From the NCBI RefSeq assembly GCF_000219175.1, contig NC_015735.1, forward strand, positions 210,001-242,000: a stretch of DNA of 32,000 nucleotides, in the 5' to 3' direction. The notes under the pieces were generated by a model. The model made no database searches and was not told the origin of the DNA. It saw only the letters and a list, made by a program, of their open reading frames with translations. Origin of the DNA: Candidatus Moranella endobia PCIT. GTDB lineage: Bacteria; Pseudomonadota; Gammaproteobacteria; Enterobacterales; Enterobacteriaceae. Both the position numbers and the translations under genes were made by a program. Positions 1 through 10,233 of this stretch are shown piece by piece (within the stretch, counting starts at the first letter, position 1; each line of letters opens with the position of its first letter).

Positions 1-1079
1 CGTAATGGTTCTGCTGCGCCCCACAATAGCTGGTCGCCAACGGTAAAAGCCGAAATATACTTAGGTCCCATATTTAATTTTCGTAACCTGCCTACTGGCG
101 TTTTTAATGTTCCTGTTACTGCAGCTGGCGTTAATTCTCGCATAGACAATTCACGGTCGTTAGGCACTACTTTCACCCAGTCATTATGGTTTGCAAGTAA
201 TTGTTCGATTACTGCCAATGGAATATCCTGCTTTAGTTTCAGCGTAAATGCTTGGCTATGGCAGCGTAGAGATCCTATACGTACGCATAATCCATCTACC
301 GGAATTGCCTGACTGATATTAAGAATTTTGTTGGTTTCCGCCTGGCCTTTCCATTCTTCACGACTCTGACCATTTTCTAGCTGCTTATCTATCCAAGGTA
401 TTAAGCTACCAGCAAGAGGTACACAAAAATTATCAATCGGCAGGGTACCGCTGCGGGTCAATTCGGTAACTCGACGCTCGATATCCAGAATAGCCGATAC
501 TGAATTCTGTAGTGGTTTAGCTACCACATCGTACAATTGCCCCATTTGTAACAATAGTTCACGCATATGGCGGGCGCCACCGCCTGATGCTGCCTGATAG
601 GTGGCAACTGATACCCATTCAACCAAATTATTGACGAACAAACCACCCAGTGACATAAGCATTAGGCTCACGGTGCAGTTACCGCCGACAAAATTTTTAA
701 TGCCACGATCCAAACCCTGTTGTATCACTTGCTGGTTGATTGGATCTAGGATAATAACCGCGTCATCGCTCATACGCAACGTTGATGCCGCATCTATCCA
801 ATATCCTTGCCAGCCGCTTTTACGCAACCGTGGATGGATTTCGTTGGTATAACTACCTCCCTGGCAGGTAACAATAATATCTAGCGCACTTAGCGCCGCT
901 ATATCCTTGGCATTCTGTAATATACCTTGCTTACCATTGACAAGCGGAGCTAGCTGACCACTTTGGGAGGTAGAAAAAAAGACTGGTTGAATAGCGACAA
1001 AATCTTGCTCTTCATGCATGCGTTGCATTAACACTGAACCAACCATACCGCGCCAGCCAATAAAACCAACCTTTTTCAT
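1..1079 (-). CDS. asd: Aspartate-semialdehyde dehydrogenase, C-terminus truncated by the window edge
   Basis: Reverse-strand translation starts [27 protein letters not shown], contains the catalytic-Cys motif [15 protein letters not shown] and [18 protein letters not shown], and ends WGAAEPL at the window edge. It is absent from the ORF track, probably because it is cut by the edge. Confidence 0.96.
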   Translation of the reverse strand, partial: MKKVGFIGWRGMVGSVLMQRMHEEQDFVAIQPVFFSTSQSGQLAPLVNGKQGILQNAKDIAALSALDIIVTCQGGSYTNEIHPRLRKSGWQGYWIDAASTLRMSDDAVIILDPINQQVIQQGLDRGIKNFVGGNCTVSLMLMSLGGLFVNNLVEWVSVATYQAASGGGARHMRELLLQMGQLYDVVAKPLQNSVSAILDIERRVTELTRSGTLPIDNFCVPLAGSLIPWIDKQLENGQSREEWKGQAETNKILNISQAIPVDGLCVRIGSLRCHSQAFTLKLKQDIPLAVIEQLLANHNDWVKVVPNDRELSMRELTPAAVTGTLKTPVGRLRKLNMGPKYISAFTVGDQLLWGAAEPL

Positions 1080-1357
1080 AGTTAAATATCCAATCTTAGA
1101 AGTTGCAAATGATTACGTTACTGCTTAGTAAAATTAGCCATTAAACTATATAATAGAGTAAATAAATGTTACAAGTGAAAGTTTTCGTCATTTTAAATCT
1201 TTTTAAGACATTGTTATGCTCGAAAGTTATAGTGTGTCCCCGTCACTACTACTGGCATAGACGTCATAAATGAGTTAGTCAGATGATATATGTCTGTATT
1301 TCTGTGCTAAAATAGCTGTAGCAGAATCATCCACCATTTATCATTCTCCAGTTAATA

Positions 1358-1391
1358 CTGATAGCATTGCTCTTAAGAGCAATGCTATCAG
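1358..1391. repeat. Perfect 34-bp palindrome with no spacer (17-bp arms)
   Basis: CTGATAGCATTGCTCTT|AAGAGCAATGCTATCAG; the second half is the exact reverse complement of the first. Confidence 0.9.
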
Positions 1392-2220
1392 CCTGCAAAC
1401 TAAAAACCATATTGAAAGAATGTCATACGTTAATTACGATATGATAATAATTAGTTTAGAAAAAATTCACCTGTGATGAATAAGGTACTTGCAGTTCAGC
1501 TATTTATATTTATTTGCTCACTGAACTGTAATGTAAATAAGGTCACAATGTCTTGTCTATGATAACTAAACAATACATAAACTAGCCAGGTGCATGCTAC
1601 TCTAATCCTGGTTTATAATGTGCGCACCAATATACTGCTAGCTAATCGCTGGTAACAAAACTCATCCTATCATTAGTAAAGTGTTGCTACTAAATAATCT
1701 TCAGACTATAAAGTTACTGATGAAGCGTTACCGGTTATAGTGAAACTAAGCTGCATAGGAGTCATTATTAACTATGAATTTAAGCTGCATTCGATTGGTA
1801 GTAGGCATAATTATTAGTGTAATAACCATGTATTACGGTTATCGTCTACTTGATAAGTAACAAGATTTTGCCAAGAGCATAGTCAACTATACCAATCTTA
1901 CTAAGAGCTAACAAGTAATATAACTACTGGCTAAAATAGCCCATGCTTAAAGTAATTTAGAGCAGTAAATCACAAATAACTACAATCAAATTGTCTAGCT
2001 TGACTAGCGGCGCAACAAATATAATCTATTCTGCTATCATCTACCAGGCATATGAGAAAGTGCCAGACCAGCAGTTTGCTACAATAGCGCTATCCAGGAC
2101 CTACTAGTGTCTTAGCTTGTAGCAACTAGCATGTTTTATTCCAGGCAATGGCAATTATGATACCGGCAAAAATGCCTGAACCAGGGTATCTAATCTGAAC
2201 ATGAACGAGTTAACGGTATA

Positions 2221-3591
2221 ATGAAAACAGCACTTCTATTTAATGTATTGGCGCTCAGCATCGGATTAAGCGTAATTCCTGTGTCGGTACCGCGAGCAGC
2301 GGTGCCAGTCGCAAGGGCTCGGCCGTCTATACCCAGTTTGGCGCCGATGCTGGCTAAAGTTCTTCCCGCAGTGGTAAGCGTGCATGTAGAAGGTTCACAG
2401 CAAGTCCGCCGTCCTATGCTACCGAAGGAGTTCAAATACTTCTTTGGTCCCGACATACCGGGTGGTAACAGCGGCACACGACCGTTTGAAGGGCTTGGTT
2501 CAGGAGTAATCATTAATTCAGCTAGGGGTTATGTTATTACCAACAATCATGTTGTCAACGGTGCTGAAAAAATAAAAGTGCAGATCAATGACGGTCGTGA
2601 ATTCGACGCTAAGTTGATAGGACACGACGAGCAAACCGATCTTGCTTTGCTGCAGTTGTCCTCCCAAAAAAATCTCATAGAGGTGATTATAGCCGATTCT
2701 GACGCTCTGAAGGTAGGAGATTTTGCGGTAGCGGTAGGTAACCCGTTCGGTATTGGTCAGACAGCAACATCAGGTATTGTATCTGCTCTTGGCCGCAGTG
2801 GCCTAAATTTAGAGGGACTGGAGAACTTTATTCAGACTGATGCATCCATCAATCGCGGTAATTCCGGTGGTGCACTGGTGAATCTAAACGGTGAGCTAAT
2901 AGGCATTAACACTGCCATTCTAGCTCCGGGGGGCGGTAATATTGGCATTGGTTTCGCTATCCCCAGTAATATTGTTAAGAACCTGAGTCAACAATTAATG
3001 GAATATGGTGAAGTAAAACGCGGCCAGTTGGGGATTAAAGGCACGGAGATGACTGCCGATATCGCTAAAGCTTTTAATATAGATGCTCAGCGTGGCGCAT
3101 TCGTCAGCGAAGTATTACCAAATTCAGCTGCTGCTAAAGCTGGTATAAAAGCTGGCGATATAATTATTTCGGTGGCAGATAAACCAATTCAAAGTTTCGC
3201 CGAACTACGGGTTAAGGTAGGTACAACTGCACCAGGCAAAACCATCAAACTTGGACTATTGCGTAATGGCAAGACTAAAACAGCGTTAGTGATACTGGAT
3301 GATAGTGCGTCCGCAACCACGAGTGAAGATATTATCACCCCAGCGTTAAAAGGGGCTTCTCTTAGCAACGGTAGATTGAAAGACGGCACCAAGGGCGTTC
3401 AGGTAGAGGATATCGTGAAAGACTCACCAGCTGCCGCTATCGGATTACAAAAAGGCGATGTTATAGTCGGCTTGAATCGTGAACGAGTACAAAACCTGGC
3501 AAAACTACGCAAGTTGTTAGAGGCCAAACCGGCAGTAATGGCACTAAATATTGTACGCGGCGAAGCAAATATTTTCCTATTACTGCGCTAA
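2221..3591 (+). CDS. degQ: Periplasmic HtrA-family serine endoprotease, DegQ-like
   Basis: 456 aa. PSLAPMLAKVLPAVVSVHVEG, TNNHVVNG (His), DLALLQ (Asp) and GNSGGALVNLNGELIGINTAILAPGGGNIGIGFAIPSN (Ser) are present, followed by two PDZ-like regions and a C-terminus close to E. coli DegQ (IVRGEANIFLLLR). Confidence 0.95.
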   Translation: MKTALLFNVLALSIGLSVIPVSVPRAAVPVARARPSIPSLAPMLAKVLPAVVSVHVEGSQQVRRPMLPKEFKYFFGPDIPGGNSGTRPFEGLGSGVIINSARGYVITNNHVVNGAEKIKVQINDGREFDAKLIGHDEQTDLALLQLSSQKNLIEVIIADSDALKVGDFAVAVGNPFGIGQTATSGIVSALGRSGLNLEGLENFIQTDASINRGNSGGALVNLNGELIGINTAILAPGGGNIGIGFAIPSNIVKNLSQQLMEYGEVKRGQLGIKGTEMTADIAKAFNIDAQRGAFVSEVLPNSAAAKAGIKAGDIIISVADKPIQSFAELRVKVGTTAPGKTIKLGLLRNGKTKTALVILDDSASATTSEDIITPALKGASLSNGRLKDGTKGVQVEDIVKDSPAAAIGLQKGDVIVGLNRERVQNLAKLRKLLEAKPAVMALNIVRGEANIFLLLR

Positions 3592-3598
3592 TTTTATG

Positions 3599-3628
3599 AA
3601 AACTGACTCCTATCTAGGTGTCAGTTTT
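3599..3628 (+). terminator. Hairpin just after the degQ stop, terminator-like
   Basis: AAAACTGAC-T-CCT-ATCT-AGG-T-GTCAGTTTT: 9-bp outer stem plus 3-bp inner stem, starting 8 nt after the stop. There are T residues on the 3' arm but no long T run after it. Confidence 0.6.
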
Positions 3629-3840
3629 ACTGCTGTTTGTTTACTAATTCTACATTATACTTGTTTATTCCCCTGCGTTCAGCAATGGTTTATTGTTGTT
3701 ATAACTATTAAACTATTATTAATTAGTGGTACTACCGTTAGTATATATAATTAACAAATACAAGTCCTCGCTGTCTAAGACACGGTAATACGATCGTATG
3801 CATATGTCTCCATTGTTAAGATCAACATCGCAACATTTTA

Positions 3841-4086
3841 TCACTTGTTGCTATCACGCTGCCACTCTTCAGGAGTATAAGCTTTTATCGATAATGCGTG
3901 GATGCGATTATCGGCAATATATTCCATCAGCGGCAAATAAATCATCTGCTGTTTTTTAACTAGGCTCATACCAGAGAACTGTGCACTGACCGCAATAACC
4001 TGAAAATGGCTACCATTGCGACTTATGTGTACTTCTTCCAGTACCAGAGCTTTCATCAGTACCTCTTTAATTGTACTTATTTCCAT
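3841..4086 (-). CDS. ibaG: BolA-family acid stress protein IbaG (formerly YrbA)
   Basis: From the internal Met: [78 protein letters not shown]. The upstream 18 codons in the ORF track are probably not translated. Confidence 0.92.
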   Translation of the reverse strand: MEISTIKEVLMKALVLEEVHISRNGSHFQVIAVSAQFSGMSLVKKQQMIYLPLMEYIADNRIHALSIKAYTPEEWQRDSNK

Positions 4087-4411
4087 ATAAAAACTGTATT
4101 TTAGAAGCAAAAAATAGACTGTTATCTTAGCGTAATCCATAGCTATCGGAAAGATGTAAAATCAACAAACAGTTTTTATGAGGGTATTATTATCATGGTT
4201 CACTCCAGTGTTGCTAAAATGCACATAAGATGAAGTACTGGTTCAGTCAGACATTGCAAGATCTGCTTAAAGTATTTTGCAAAAAAAATGGCGCTAAGTA
4301 ATTTACAATACAACAAACGCATCGGTAATAAGAATATTTTTATTGACTCATACGGCTATAATAGTAGAATAACTGAGAGTTAGCTATAAGCTACGTTTAA
4401 GCATGTAATAA

Positions 4412-4486
<75 letters not shown>

Positions 4487-4927
4487 AGTTTCTGATCGCA
4501 GAAAACACAGCATATCTTAGTCAGTTTGTTATTTAGTTTAAACTATGGCTAATTGATCTCACCATGCGATGATTTTCAACAGTTCCCTCTACTCCACACT
4601 CCACTAGGTGAGTTGCTAATGAATGTCGAACATTATTATTATCCTTCCAAAAAGCATATTATTGCTGCAATTATTGTAATTTAAGCAACAACTGACAGTT
4701 GTGCGTTTGTCTTTTCCTACCAACGACGCTGCAGAAGATTTCTTGCTTCAAGCAGCAGGTTGCCATTACTCTATTGTCTGACATACATTAACATCGTTCT
4801 GCCAGTAGCCATGGAACACGCAATATTTTGATATGTTGCGATCCCAAACAATGGATAATTGGCAAGCATAAATTAGAAAGCAAACAGCAAATAAAGAAAG
4901 AGAACATTAAAGGCAAAAACAAGTAAC

Positions 4928-6208
4928 ATGGCAAAAAAAATCCAAGCAATTCGTGGCATGAACGACTATTTGCCAGAAGAGACAGCATTCTGGCAGAGCG
5001 TTGAGAAAATGCTAAAAGGCGTTTTGGCAAACTATGGTTACAGTGAAATTCGCTTACCTCTCGTCGAACATACCAAGCTCTTCCAAAGAGCAATCGGTGA
5101 AGTTACTGATGTAGTAGAAAAAGAGATGTCTAACTTCACCGATCGCAACGGCGATAGCCTGACACTGCGGCCGGAAGGAACAGCCGGCTGCGTGCGCGCC
5201 GGGATTGAACACGGTCTACTGTACAACCAGGAACAGCGGTTCTGGTATATTGGTCCAATGTTCCGTTACGAACGACCGCAAAAAGGTCGCTACCGCCAGT
5301 TTAACCAGCTTGGTGCTGAGGTATTTGGTCAGCAGGGGCCAGACGTTGACGCCGAGCTTATTCTGCTAACCGCCCGCTGCTGGCGTGTGCTTGGCATCAG
5401 CGAACATTTGTCACTAGAACTAAATTCCATTGGATCGATTGAGGCGCGCACTTGTTACCGCAAGGCGTTAGTAAATTTTCTCGTCAAACATGAAGAAAGC
5501 CTGGATGAGGATTGCCGCCGAAGGTTGCACACTAATCCAATGCGAGTGCTGGACACGAAAAATCCAGATATCCAAGTGCTGCTTCAAGATGCACCGGTCA
5601 TGATTGATTATCTTGACGATGATTCCAGCGCCAAATTCTGCGGTTTGTGTCAAATGATCGAACTTGCTGGCATAAAATATCAGGTTAATCCACGCTTAGT
5701 ACGCGGCCTTGATTACTATAACCAGACAGTGTTCGAGTGGATAACCACCAGTCTAGGTTCGCAAGGTACCATTTGTGGCGGCGGCCGTTACGATGGTCTA
5801 GTAAAACAGTTGGGCGGTCACGCCACACCAGCCATAGGTTTTGCTATTGGCCTGGAACGACTGGTTCTGCTGGTGCAGTCTGTTAACCCTGATTTAGTGG
5901 CAAAACCAAGCATCGACATCTACCTGATTGCGGTAGGGGATAATATCCAACATTCAGCGCTGCTGTTAGCGGATAAGTTACGTGACTATTTACCTTCCCT
6001 ACGTATCATGACAAATTACGGCGGCGGAAGCTTAAAAAAACAATTTGGCCGCGCCGATAAGCAAGGTGCCCGCGTAGCGCTGGTTATGGGAGAAAATCAG
6101 ACGGCGAAACAACACATTATAGTTAAGGATTTGGCTACTGGTAACCAAGAAACTATTGCACATAGCGATGTAGTTGTGCGGCTTACATCGATTTTTGGTG
6201 AAGTATAA
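4928..6208 (+). CDS. hisS: Histidyl-tRNA synthetase
   Basis: 426 aa. [55 protein letters not shown] and [15 protein letters not shown] present. Confidence 0.98.
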   Translation: MAKKIQAIRGMNDYLPEETAFWQSVEKMLKGVLANYGYSEIRLPLVEHTKLFQRAIGEVTDVVEKEMSNFTDRNGDSLTLRPEGTAGCVRAGIEHGLLYNQEQRFWYIGPMFRYERPQKGRYRQFNQLGAEVFGQQGPDVDAELILLTARCWRVLGISEHLSLELNSIGSIEARTCYRKALVNFLVKHEESLDEDCRRRLHTNPMRVLDTKNPDIQVLLQDAPVMIDYLDDDSSAKFCGLCQMIELAGIKYQVNPRLVRGLDYYNQTVFEWITTSLGSQGTICGGGRYDGLVKQLGGHATPAIGFAIGLERLVLLVQSVNPDLVAKPSIDIYLIAVGDNIQHSALLLADKLRDYLPSLRIMTNYGGGSLKKQFGRADKQGARVALVMGENQTAKQHIIVKDLATGNQETIAHSDVVVRLTSIFGEV

Positions 6209-6560
6209 TACTCTTGTTCAATGCTACACTGATAACAAACAGAGGAAGCTAGTAACTAATTTTGAGACAAATGATAATAATAACCAAACAAGAATAATAC
6301 GTAATGCCAATAATTATATAATTATGTCTTGCTGTCCTATCTGGAACTAATGCGGTAAGTTTAAGAGCATAGTTATTGGTTTTGCTGCATCAACTGCACA
6401 TGTTATTTTGGCCAGTGTGCAACGACGGTAGCAAATATGGCTAGATAATTGCAAATATCAACAATGTGTAGGAACATTAGACGGCGCTAGTTGAGCAAAA
6501 GCTAGTGCGGCTCATGAACGTTGATTATTTATAAATATAGCTAAAAGGTACTACACCAAA

Positions 6561-7739
6561 GTGTTTAAAACTATGGTTTTAAGTCTGTTATCAGTTATGC
6601 TACTTAGCGGGTATAAATTTTTAAGTAAAAAAGAAGAGTTAGTGACAATTTTGCCGTTACCACAAGTAGAGAATAAATTTAAGCCACAGAAGATATGGAG
6701 TTATTATATTGGCAGCAACAATGGCGGCGGCGATTTTTATTCCAATTTGCAACCTACCGTACAAAATACGCGCGTTTTTGTGGCCAATCGTTATGGTTTA
6801 GTAAAAGCGCTGGACGCTGACAGCGGTAAAGAGCTGTGGGCGAAGGATCTTTCTATTTACACCGGCTGCTTTTCGCGCAACCGGCCAGCGCAGCTATCAG
6901 GTGGTGTGACGGCAGTTGGTAATCGTATTTACGTGGCTAGCGAGCTGGCAAAAGTCTATGCCATGGAAGCTAAATGTGGCAGCCTAGCCTGGGAGGTTCT
7001 GGTCGCCGGCGAAACACTGTCTCCACCAGTGGTTAGTGACGGTGTGATTTTAATTCATACCAGCAACGGCATGCTACAAGCGCTTAATGAGGCTGATGGT
7101 GCGTTGAAATGGACCGTGAACCTTGAGGCCAAAATGCTGAATATACGCGGTGGATCAACTCCAACAACGGCATGTGGCACCGCCATAGTTGGCAGTGATA
7201 ACGGTCTGGTCAGTGCCGTCATGCTAAATATAGGCCAAATTATTTGGCAACAGCGCATCTCACAGACAGGCGGAGTTACCGAAATCGCCCGTATTAACGA
7301 TGTACAAGCGACACCTGTCGTGGTCAACGGCTACGTTTACGCCCTTGCCTATAATGGTAACCTGGCGGCGCTGGATCTGTTCTCCGGTAAGTTAATGTGG
7401 TCACGGGAAATTGGTTCATTCACTAATATGTTAGTGGAAAACGGTATAATCTACCTAGTTGACCAAAATGATCGCGTGATTGCAGTAGATGCTAAGAACG
7501 GAATTACTAGCTGGTATCAGAGTGCACTGTTGCACCGCAATTTGACCTCACCGGTGTTGAATAAAGATTCTATTGTTATAGGCGACTCTGGAGGCTACTT
7601 GCATTGGATCAATATTGATGATGGCCGGCTCGTTGCTCAAAAAAAAATTGCTAGCGCCCTGCTAGTAACCCCACTATTCGATGGCGATAAAATTATCGTA
7701 CAAGCAACTAATGGCGAGGTACACGCCATTATCCGCTAA
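6561..7739 (+). CDS. bamB: Outer membrane assembly factor BamB (beta-propeller), formerly YfgL
   Basis: 392 aa. Co-linear with E. coli BamB (GLVKALDADSGKELW, VVSDGVILIHTSNGMLQALNEADGALKWTVNL, YNGNLAALDLFSGKLMWSRE) and located directly upstream of der. Confidence 0.95.
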   Translation: MFKTMVLSLLSVMLLSGYKFLSKKEELVTILPLPQVENKFKPQKIWSYYIGSNNGGGDFYSNLQPTVQNTRVFVANRYGLVKALDADSGKELWAKDLSIYTGCFSRNRPAQLSGGVTAVGNRIYVASELAKVYAMEAKCGSLAWEVLVAGETLSPPVVSDGVILIHTSNGMLQALNEADGALKWTVNLEAKMLNIRGGSTPTTACGTAIVGSDNGLVSAVMLNIGQIIWQQRISQTGGVTEIARINDVQATPVVVNGYVYALAYNGNLAALDLFSGKLMWSREIGSFTNMLVENGIIYLVDQNDRVIAVDAKNGITSWYQSALLHRNLTSPVLNKDSIVIGDSGGYLHWINIDDGRLVAQKKIASALLVTPLFDGDKIIVQATNGEVHAIIR

Positions 7740-7776
7740 TGAATACTAATACTATTTGCTTAATGAGATTAACATC

Positions 7777-9246
7777 ATGATACCAGTAGTTGCGCTAGTT
7801 GGTCGCCCTAATGTAGGAAAATCTACTCTATTTAATAGATTGACGCTAACTTGTGATGCACTGGTAGTGGATTGCCCTGGGCTGACACGTGATCGCAAGT
7901 ATGGTCGTGCTAAATGGAAAGATAAAGAATTTATCGTTATTGACACCGGCGGTATTGATGATGACCAGATCAAAGGGATCGCTGCTAATATTGCCAGGCA
8001 AACGCTGTTGGCTATTGAAGAGGCTGATATTGTTTTATTTATTGTGGACGGCCGCGCCGGTTTGATGGCAGCAGATCTAGTTATTGCTAAGCATCTGCGC
8101 AAGAGCCAGAAAAACACGGTAGTTATCGCTAATAAAACCGAAGGTATCGCTAAAGATAGTGCAATGAGCGATTTTTATGCCCTTGGCATGGGTAACATAG
8201 TTCCTATTTCAGCTTCGCACGGGACAGGTATTAACTATCTACGAGAACAGATTATTTTACCGCTGGTAAACGCTTGTTTGCAGGTTGAAGACGCGGAAAA
8301 ATGGTTGTACGAAGAGGCTAAAACAGAAACTTTGGCGGTGCAGGAAAACCAGCTTTTTAACCAGCAGTCACAGCCGATAAAGCTAGCGATTATCGGCCGT
8401 CCCAATGTTGGTAAATCCACACTAATCAACCGCCTGGTTGGCGAAGAGCGGGTTATTGTTTATGACATGCCTGGTACTACTAGAGACAGCATTTATGTTC
8501 CTATGGTGCATGATGGGCAGCAGTATCTCTTAATCGATACTGCTGGTGTGCGTAAACGTCGTAAGGTAACGGGTAAAGTTGAAAAATTTTCAGTTATTAA
8601 AACGATACAGGCTATCGAAGACGCAAATGTAGTGTTATTGGTGCTTGATGCCCACCAATGTATTTCTGACCAAGATTTATCATTGCTCGGCTTGATCATC
8701 AATAAAGGCAGGTCACTGGTAATCGCAGTCAATAAATGGGATGGTATGTCCAGCAAAAAACGCGACGTATTGAAAGAAACACTAAACAATAGTCTAGGCT
8801 TTATCAATTTCGCTAGAGTGCATTTTATTTCGGCTTTGCACGATCGTGGCGTTGGTAACCTATTTGAATCGGTAAATGAGGCGTACCAATGTGCTACCAA
8901 GAGAGTGAGCACTGCGATGCTGACACGCATTATGTATATGGCAGTGGCAGAACATCAACCGCCGTTAGTACGTGGACGGCGTGTTAAACCCAAATACGCC
9001 CATGCCGGCGGTTATAATCCACCAATCTTTGTAATTCATGGTACACAGGTAACAGATCTAACCGATAGTTATAAACGATATTTAATCAACTATTTTCGAC
9101 GCTCGTTAAATATTATGGGTACGCCGATCCGTATGCAGTTTAACGATAATCCCAACCCTTTTGATGAACGGCGCAAAATATTAACACTAACGCAGCAAAT
9201 ACATAAACAAAAAAAGTTCATAATTGATATCAAGAAAAATAAATAA
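7777..9246 (+). CDS. der: Ribosome biogenesis GTPase Der (EngA), two GTPase domains
   Basis: [22 protein letters not shown] ... [22 protein letters not shown] ... [11 protein letters not shown] ... [17 protein letters not shown]. The ORF-track start at 7756 is a TTG-type extension; the ATG at 7777 matches the family start. Confidence 0.96.
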   Translation: MIPVVALVGRPNVGKSTLFNRLTLTCDALVVDCPGLTRDRKYGRAKWKDKEFIVIDTGGIDDDQIKGIAANIARQTLLAIEEADIVLFIVDGRAGLMAADLVIAKHLRKSQKNTVVIANKTEGIAKDSAMSDFYALGMGNIVPISASHGTGINYLREQIILPLVNACLQVEDAEKWLYEEAKTETLAVQENQLFNQQSQPIKLAIIGRPNVGKSTLINRLVGEERVIVYDMPGTTRDSIYVPMVHDGQQYLLIDTAGVRKRRKVTGKVEKFSVIKTIQAIEDANVVLLVLDAHQCISDQDLSLLGLIINKGRSLVIAVNKWDGMSSKKRDVLKETLNNSLGFINFARVHFISALHDRGVGNLFESVNEAYQCATKRVSTAMLTRIMYMAVAEHQPPLVRGRRVKPKYAHAGGYNPPIFVIHGTQVTDLTDSYKRYLINYFRRSLNIMGTPIRMQFNDNPNPFDERRKILTLTQQIHKQKKFIIDIKKNK

Positions 9247-9590
9247 GCTGAAGCAGTAGTACTTACTGCCTCACATGTGACAGCATTAACATGCTTATTA
9301 TATTATAAATATACACCGTGCTTATACTACCAGTGGATCTACTAGAGTACTTAGTACTGCTTCCACAGCATTATGAAAGTTAAAGTATTACCGTCGGTTG
9401 AAAACATAAAATAAGATATTATACCATTTATAATATCAGAATAGCGTAAGCCAATTTTTGCTGAACACCTAGCCGCTTTAAAGGTCCAACACCACAATGC
9501 TGCTATGACACATTAATCACCAAATTGGTGGTTGACTGAAAATATTTACGTATCATTCAAGTAATGTTTTATATTTAGAGGAGTGCAAAT

Positions 9591-9866
9591 ATGGCACGCG
9601 TAACCGTACAAAAAGCAGTTGAAAAAATTGATAATCGTTTTGACCTGGTGCTGATCGCTGCCCGTCGCGCTCGTCAGCTTCAGGTTGGTGGGAAAGATCC
9701 TCTAGTTGCAGAAGCAAACGATAAATACACAGTTATCGCCCTTCGGGAAATAGAGGAAGGGCTGATAAATAGCCATATCCTGGATTTACGTGAGCGTCAA
9801 GAACAGCAAAATCAGGTAGTAGCGGAGCTTAAGGCAATCACCACAATCACTGAAGGCAGCCGTTAG
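9591..9866 (+). CDS. rpoZ: RNA polymerase omega subunit
   Basis: 91 aa, [39 protein letters not shown]..., near-identical length and sequence to E. coli RpoZ. Confidence 0.97.
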   Translation: MARVTVQKAVEKIDNRFDLVLIAARRARQLQVGGKDPLVAEANDKYTVIALREIEEGLINSHILDLRERQEQQNQVVAELKAITTITEGSR

Positions 9867-10010
9867 TTGCCGTACTTGTCCCTGCCTTATTCAACAGTAT
9901 TAATTTTAAGCTATCTAGACCAATTTAAATACAGCAAATGTCTGTAAAATAATCATAGCAATGCAAGACGCATGGCTTTGAATACTATCAATCATCAGGT
10001 TGTTTTCACC

Positions 10011-10097
10011 ACAAGCTATACTCGTAGTAGTTTGGCGAAAATTTTGCGTCAAATTGTCATTATTCCAGAGGTAATACGAATTAACCGTAACCACAAT
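10011..10097 (+). pseudogene. spoT: Relic of the spoT 3' end (C-terminal ACT-domain tail)
   Basis: TSYTRSSLAKILRQIVIIPEVIRINRNHN matches the remembered SpoT C-terminus (...RDRVHLANIMRKIRVMPDVIKVTRNRN). It lies just after rpoZ, the expected spoT position; the rest of the gene is absent. Confidence 0.8.
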
Positions 10098-10148
10098 TAT
10101 TTAATTCGTCGTCTATTTGGCTGGCTGGATAGCTCACCGTACACTGTA

Positions 10149-10196
10149 GCGAATGGCTGCACCATTGATTATAGCGGTCCAACATGTATTTTATTA
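10149..10196 (+). pseudogene. trmH: Relic of trmH (tRNA Gm18 methyltransferase)
   Basis: TIDYSGPTCILL (IDYSGPTCILL at 10164-10196) matches TrmH REIDYTRPTCILMG. It lies between the spoT relic and recG, the expected trmH position. Confidence 0.6.
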
Positions 10197-10233
10197 AGTA
10201 TAACGCGCGTTTACAAAGCAACAGAGTGCTGAG

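Noticed and set aside
601-852. 83-aa plus-strand ORF
   Set aside because: It is antisense to the well-supported asd gene and shows no recognisable motif.
3189-3754. ORFs 3189-3392(-) and 3551-3754(+)
   Set aside because: The first is a shadow ORF opposite degQ. The second starts in the degQ 3' end and runs through the putative terminator; its composition is typical of random A/T-rich DNA.
4333-4362. TATAAT at 4357-4362 as a tRNA-Gly promoter
   Set aside because: The -10-like box is good, but the nearby TTGACT is too close (8 nt) to act as its -35 and nothing convincing sits at 17 nt, so it was not listed as a feature.
4788-5093. 101-aa minus-strand ORF with Cys/Leu-rich sequence
   Set aside because: It overlaps the hisS start region antisense, and its hydrophobic-looking content is explained by A/T-rich spacer plus the complement of hisS.
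6209-6560. Possible yfgM relic between hisS and bamB
   Set aside because: This is the ancestral yfgM position, but no frame gave a recognisable YfgM segment, so no relic is claimed.
7752-8930. Three minus-strand ORFs (7752-8117, 8235-8429, 8493-8930)
   Set aside because: All are antisense to der, whose two GTPase domains are fully convincing.
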